Shown piece after piece: positions 60,457 through 64,000 of a stretch of 64,000 nt of DNA; position 1 is the stretch's first letter, and every line of letters starts with the position of its first letter. The stretch is from assembly GCF_000181795.1 (NCBI RefSeq), contig NW_003526946.1, positions 69,677 to 133,676 of the forward strand. Direction: 5' to 3'. The notes beneath the pieces were generated by a model. The model was given only the letters and a program-made list of their open reading frames with translations, was not told the DNA's origin and searched no databases. The stretch comes from Trichinella spiralis (lineage: Eukaryota). The translations under genes were made by a program, and so were the position numbers.

Positions 60457-62786
60457 ATGCTGCGTTTCGGAAGTGGAATATATAATTTACGCGAAACTGA
60501 AATGATCGGTGATGCCGGTCGTTCGGCTCATCGAACTTTGCACTGCACTGTTCATTTTTTGGATGGCAGTCAACATGACTTTGAGTTGGAGGTAATTTTT
60601 CTAAATAAATAAATATATCTTTCTTTTCGTAATAACTTTTTCATTAATTTCTGCTTTGATTTTTAGAAACATGCATTGGGTCAAGATTTGTTAAATTTGT
60701 CATTTGAATATCTTGAATTGTTGGAAAAAGATTATTTTGGACTGCAATTCACTGATTTAATGCCCGGCCCTGATTCAATGGTAAATATTAGTTTTTTGTT
60801 AGTTTTTTTCAAACTAAGATTTATTTTTAGCGTTGGCTTGAACCGACAAAGTCAATTCGCAAGCAAATGCAATGTCCACCGTACATTTTGCATTTCCGAG
60901 TGAAATTTTACGTTAGCGATCCAAGCAAACTATTAGAAGAGTATACAAGGTATTGTTTTTTTTCTGATTTCTTTATTCAGCATTTTCTTTGTAGTAGGTG
61001 AAGCAGTTTCTCTATAAAGATTTTGATTTTTGTTTTTCTACTGAATTTTCATTTCAGTTTCTCAGATGACCTTTCTGCACTTTTTGATGCTTGATACACA
61101 TGTTTAAGTAGGGTTACTGTATATTGGGTACATTCACTTTTATGGTGGCATTGAAGTACTTCAGATTTGTAAATTTCTTTTTGTTACTTTATACTTTTGC
61201 ATAAATTCAGCTTTACAGAAAATTTTTTTTATTAAACGTACATTATTTAAATTTGAACAAGTGTTTCTCACTTTGTTAGAAGTATACTTATTTCATTTGA
61301 ATTTCTGATTTTTAGATATCATTTTTATCTGCAATTGAGGAAAGATATTTTGGATGGTCATCTTGTTTGTCCAGAACCATCTTTAGCTCTTTTAGCCAGT
61401 TACGCAGTTCAATGTAAATATATTCCTTGATTGTTTTTTAATTTTATGACAAATGTTTGATATTTTTCAGCTGAATTTGGAGACCATAGTTCTGAAGAGC
61501 ACGGAGATAATTATTTAAGTTCATTTCGATTTATTTCTAAGCAAAGTGCAACATTTTTGCAAAAAGTTGCAGATTTGCACAAGCAGCACAGGTTGGACGA
61601 ATGAGTAAAATAATTTAAAAATTGATACTTATTTTATTTCATTTCAGGGGGCAGACTCCTGCGGATGCAGAATTTAATTTTTTAGATCACGCGAAAAGAT
61701 TGGATACATATGGGGTGGAACTTTTCCATGCTAAGGTATTGTGTAGTTTATTCATATTTACATTAGAATAATAATTTATATATATTTTTTAAATATAAAT
61801 TGATGATTATGGGAATTAATTCTGAACTTTAATAATGCAAACTATGACGATAAATTATTTTTTTTTCATGATGAATCCAGTGAAAAATAGCTTCATGCTA
61901 TAAAATTTGCATACTTTGTATTATATATGCTTATTGTTTTTTTTGTGGATAAAAAAAATCATTTTAGTTGGGAATATTATTATTAATTTTAATTTTTGTT
62001 AGGATGGGAATTTAGCGGAAGTTCAGCTGGGTGTGGGCGCTTTTGGTGTGGGTTTGTTTCAACAGACTGTTCGAACGAACACTTACCCTTGGTCGAAGAT
62101 CGTGAAAATCAGTTTCAAGCGGAAACAGTTTTTTTTACAACTCAAACCCGAGCCGGTAGGTTTCCAAGTATGAAGCTTCAACTTTGGGGTTGGTAATTTT
62201 ATTTGCATGTTTCATTTATTTTTTTTTGCAGAAATCTGCCGATGCAATTTTGAATTTCACCCTTTCTTCGACGTTGACTAGTAAATTGCTCTGGAAATCT
62301 TGCATTGAGCATCACACATTTTTTCGATTGGTATCGCCTCCTGCTCCAGTTTCGAAACCTCTGTTCGCTTTTGGATCACGCTTTCGTTACAGGTATTGGG
62401 AAAATATAGTTTTTTTTTTATTTATTACGATCAGTAATAATTTCATTTTTATAGTGGTCGAACGGAGTATCAAACATTAGAAGAGATGAAACGTCGTACA
62501 CGAATGCAACGGCCATTTACAAGGTTGTGTTGTTTATTATGAACATATGAACAATATGTATATATATATTTTTTTTAATTTATAGATTTAATAGTAACGG
62601 TTGCTTTGCACGATCGACAATTTGCGGCGGATCGACAACTTACGGACGTTGCAAAGAGACAGCGAATTTTGCTGGTTCTCCTTCGACTAGTGGTACAAAT
62701 GTTCACAACAGCTCTGCCCCTTCAACATCCGCTTCTTTCAAACATGCTAACTCGACCGTAGACGGCACACCTGCAAACGGTCCATG
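60457..62786 (+). CDS. ptp-1: FERM-domain protein tyrosine phosphatase (PTPN3/PTPN4, C. elegans ptp-1), N-terminal part; continues beyond the window
   Basis: [15 protein letters not shown]...[35 protein letters not shown]...[102 protein letters not shown] and PTP domains are not in the window, so the subfamily call rests on the N-terminus and FERM details. Confidence 0.8.
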
Positions 62787-64000
62787 GTATGTACAATTAT
62801 GTTTTAGCTGTTTTTTTTCCTGAAAAAATTATTAATACTTTTTATTATTGCTGTTCCATCATTAACTTATTTAATTTTCTTCTGGAACCATCTATTAAGT
62901 GTTAATGTTTCCACAATCTTCGTTTGAATTCATCTTGAATATTTTAAGTACTTTTGAATTTTGTCGTCTTCATTTTTTATTCAAAATTCGAAATATGCAT
63001 TTGCAATGAAGACGCGTTGCAGTTTTTTCTTTTTGAATGAATGATCGCAACAGTTGAATGAAGAGCATTTTAATTTTTTTTATTTTAAATTTTTGACTGA
63101 TAAAGTATTTAATCTTCTGGTTGAAAAATCGATTTATTATTAGTGGAATAATGTTTGTCGTATGATTTTCATCCTTATTGTTTCCGTTAAAGCTGAAAAG
63201 GAGGAATAGAATAGACGATGATGATACGTTGATGTGATGGTCGCCCGGACGACGATGATGCTTTTTATTATTTGGTTTTAATGAAAATTTGGGTGTTGTT
63301 TTTTCGGTCACTTAAAAGAGCAATAGCAGCAACAGTTTATTCTTCTCCAACATACAAGTGTAAAATTATTTGCTTGTATTTCAATATTTTTTTTTGAATT
63401 TTCGAAGTTAGTGAGCGAACTTGGAATGGTTTAATTATTTTCGTAAATTATGTTTCATTCTTTTTTGCAACTATTTCACAGTTTTAAATTGTTGTGATTA
63501 TTATGAAAGTGATGAAGTTTTTTTTTTTCATCTTCTTAAACATACATTTACGCGTAAAATTTATACTTTATTGCATTTTCGTTCAGAATAATCATGAAAA
63601 TAAATAGATTGGCCTGTTGGGTAGCATTTGAGAAAATATTTCATTTCATTTATTTTATACTTTAATTTTATTTCGAAATTCTGAACCTTTGGGAATATTT
63701 TTTTTTCTAAATATGGCTAACTATATATTTCAGCAATTCTGGCGTAATTTATTTTTCACTTTGAAAATTGATACTCCTATCCTGTATTATTAAATCTAAG
63801 AAGGTTAACTATTAATAATAAAAGTAGTAGTATTTTCTGAATAATAAAAAAAATATGTTTAACTCAGTATTTAATTTTTTTTATTTCTTATGACGTCATT
63901 GATTTCTTAGTTCTTATTTTTTTCATTGTAATTATTTGACGTATTGGTTGTTGCGTTCAATAGTAATAATAATAATAATACAACTAACTCCTCTTCACTT

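Overview
Eukaryotic, very AT-rich genomic DNA with short GT-AG introns (mostly ~50-90 nt) and many microsatellites. The HMG-box, beta-integrin, PTP-FERM and SH2-kinase proteins resemble C. elegans proteins, so this is a nematode; a Trichinella-like clade I species is my inference from composition and intron style. The ORF track is fragmented by introns, so I rebuilt gene models by hand from splice sites. Twelve spliced genes are supported, in order: TXNDC11-like (+, 5' partial), WDR54 (-), Cdc25 (-), RNF38/44-like RING-H2 (-), HMGB/hmg-1.2 (+), PLXDC/pxd-1 (+), integrin beta/pat-3 (-), PTTG1IP-like (+, invisible in the ORF track), Fer-like SH2 tyrosine kinase (-), PDS5 (+), RRP12 (-) and ptp-1/PTPN3-4 (+, 3' partial). 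There is also one weak orphan candidate. I found no tRNA, rRNA, CRISPR array or recognisable transposon, and no wholly new biological system. The best leads are: (1) a candidate internal promoter and alternative N-terminus inside cdc25, with CDE/CHR and CCAAT elements and paired acceptors 10 nt apart; (2) three consecutive PSI-domain genes, including an integrin-beta/PTTG1IP pair that is also adjacent in human; (3) an X-box just before WDR54; (4) an NPIF integrin tail; (5) chained overlapping uORFs before ptp-1.
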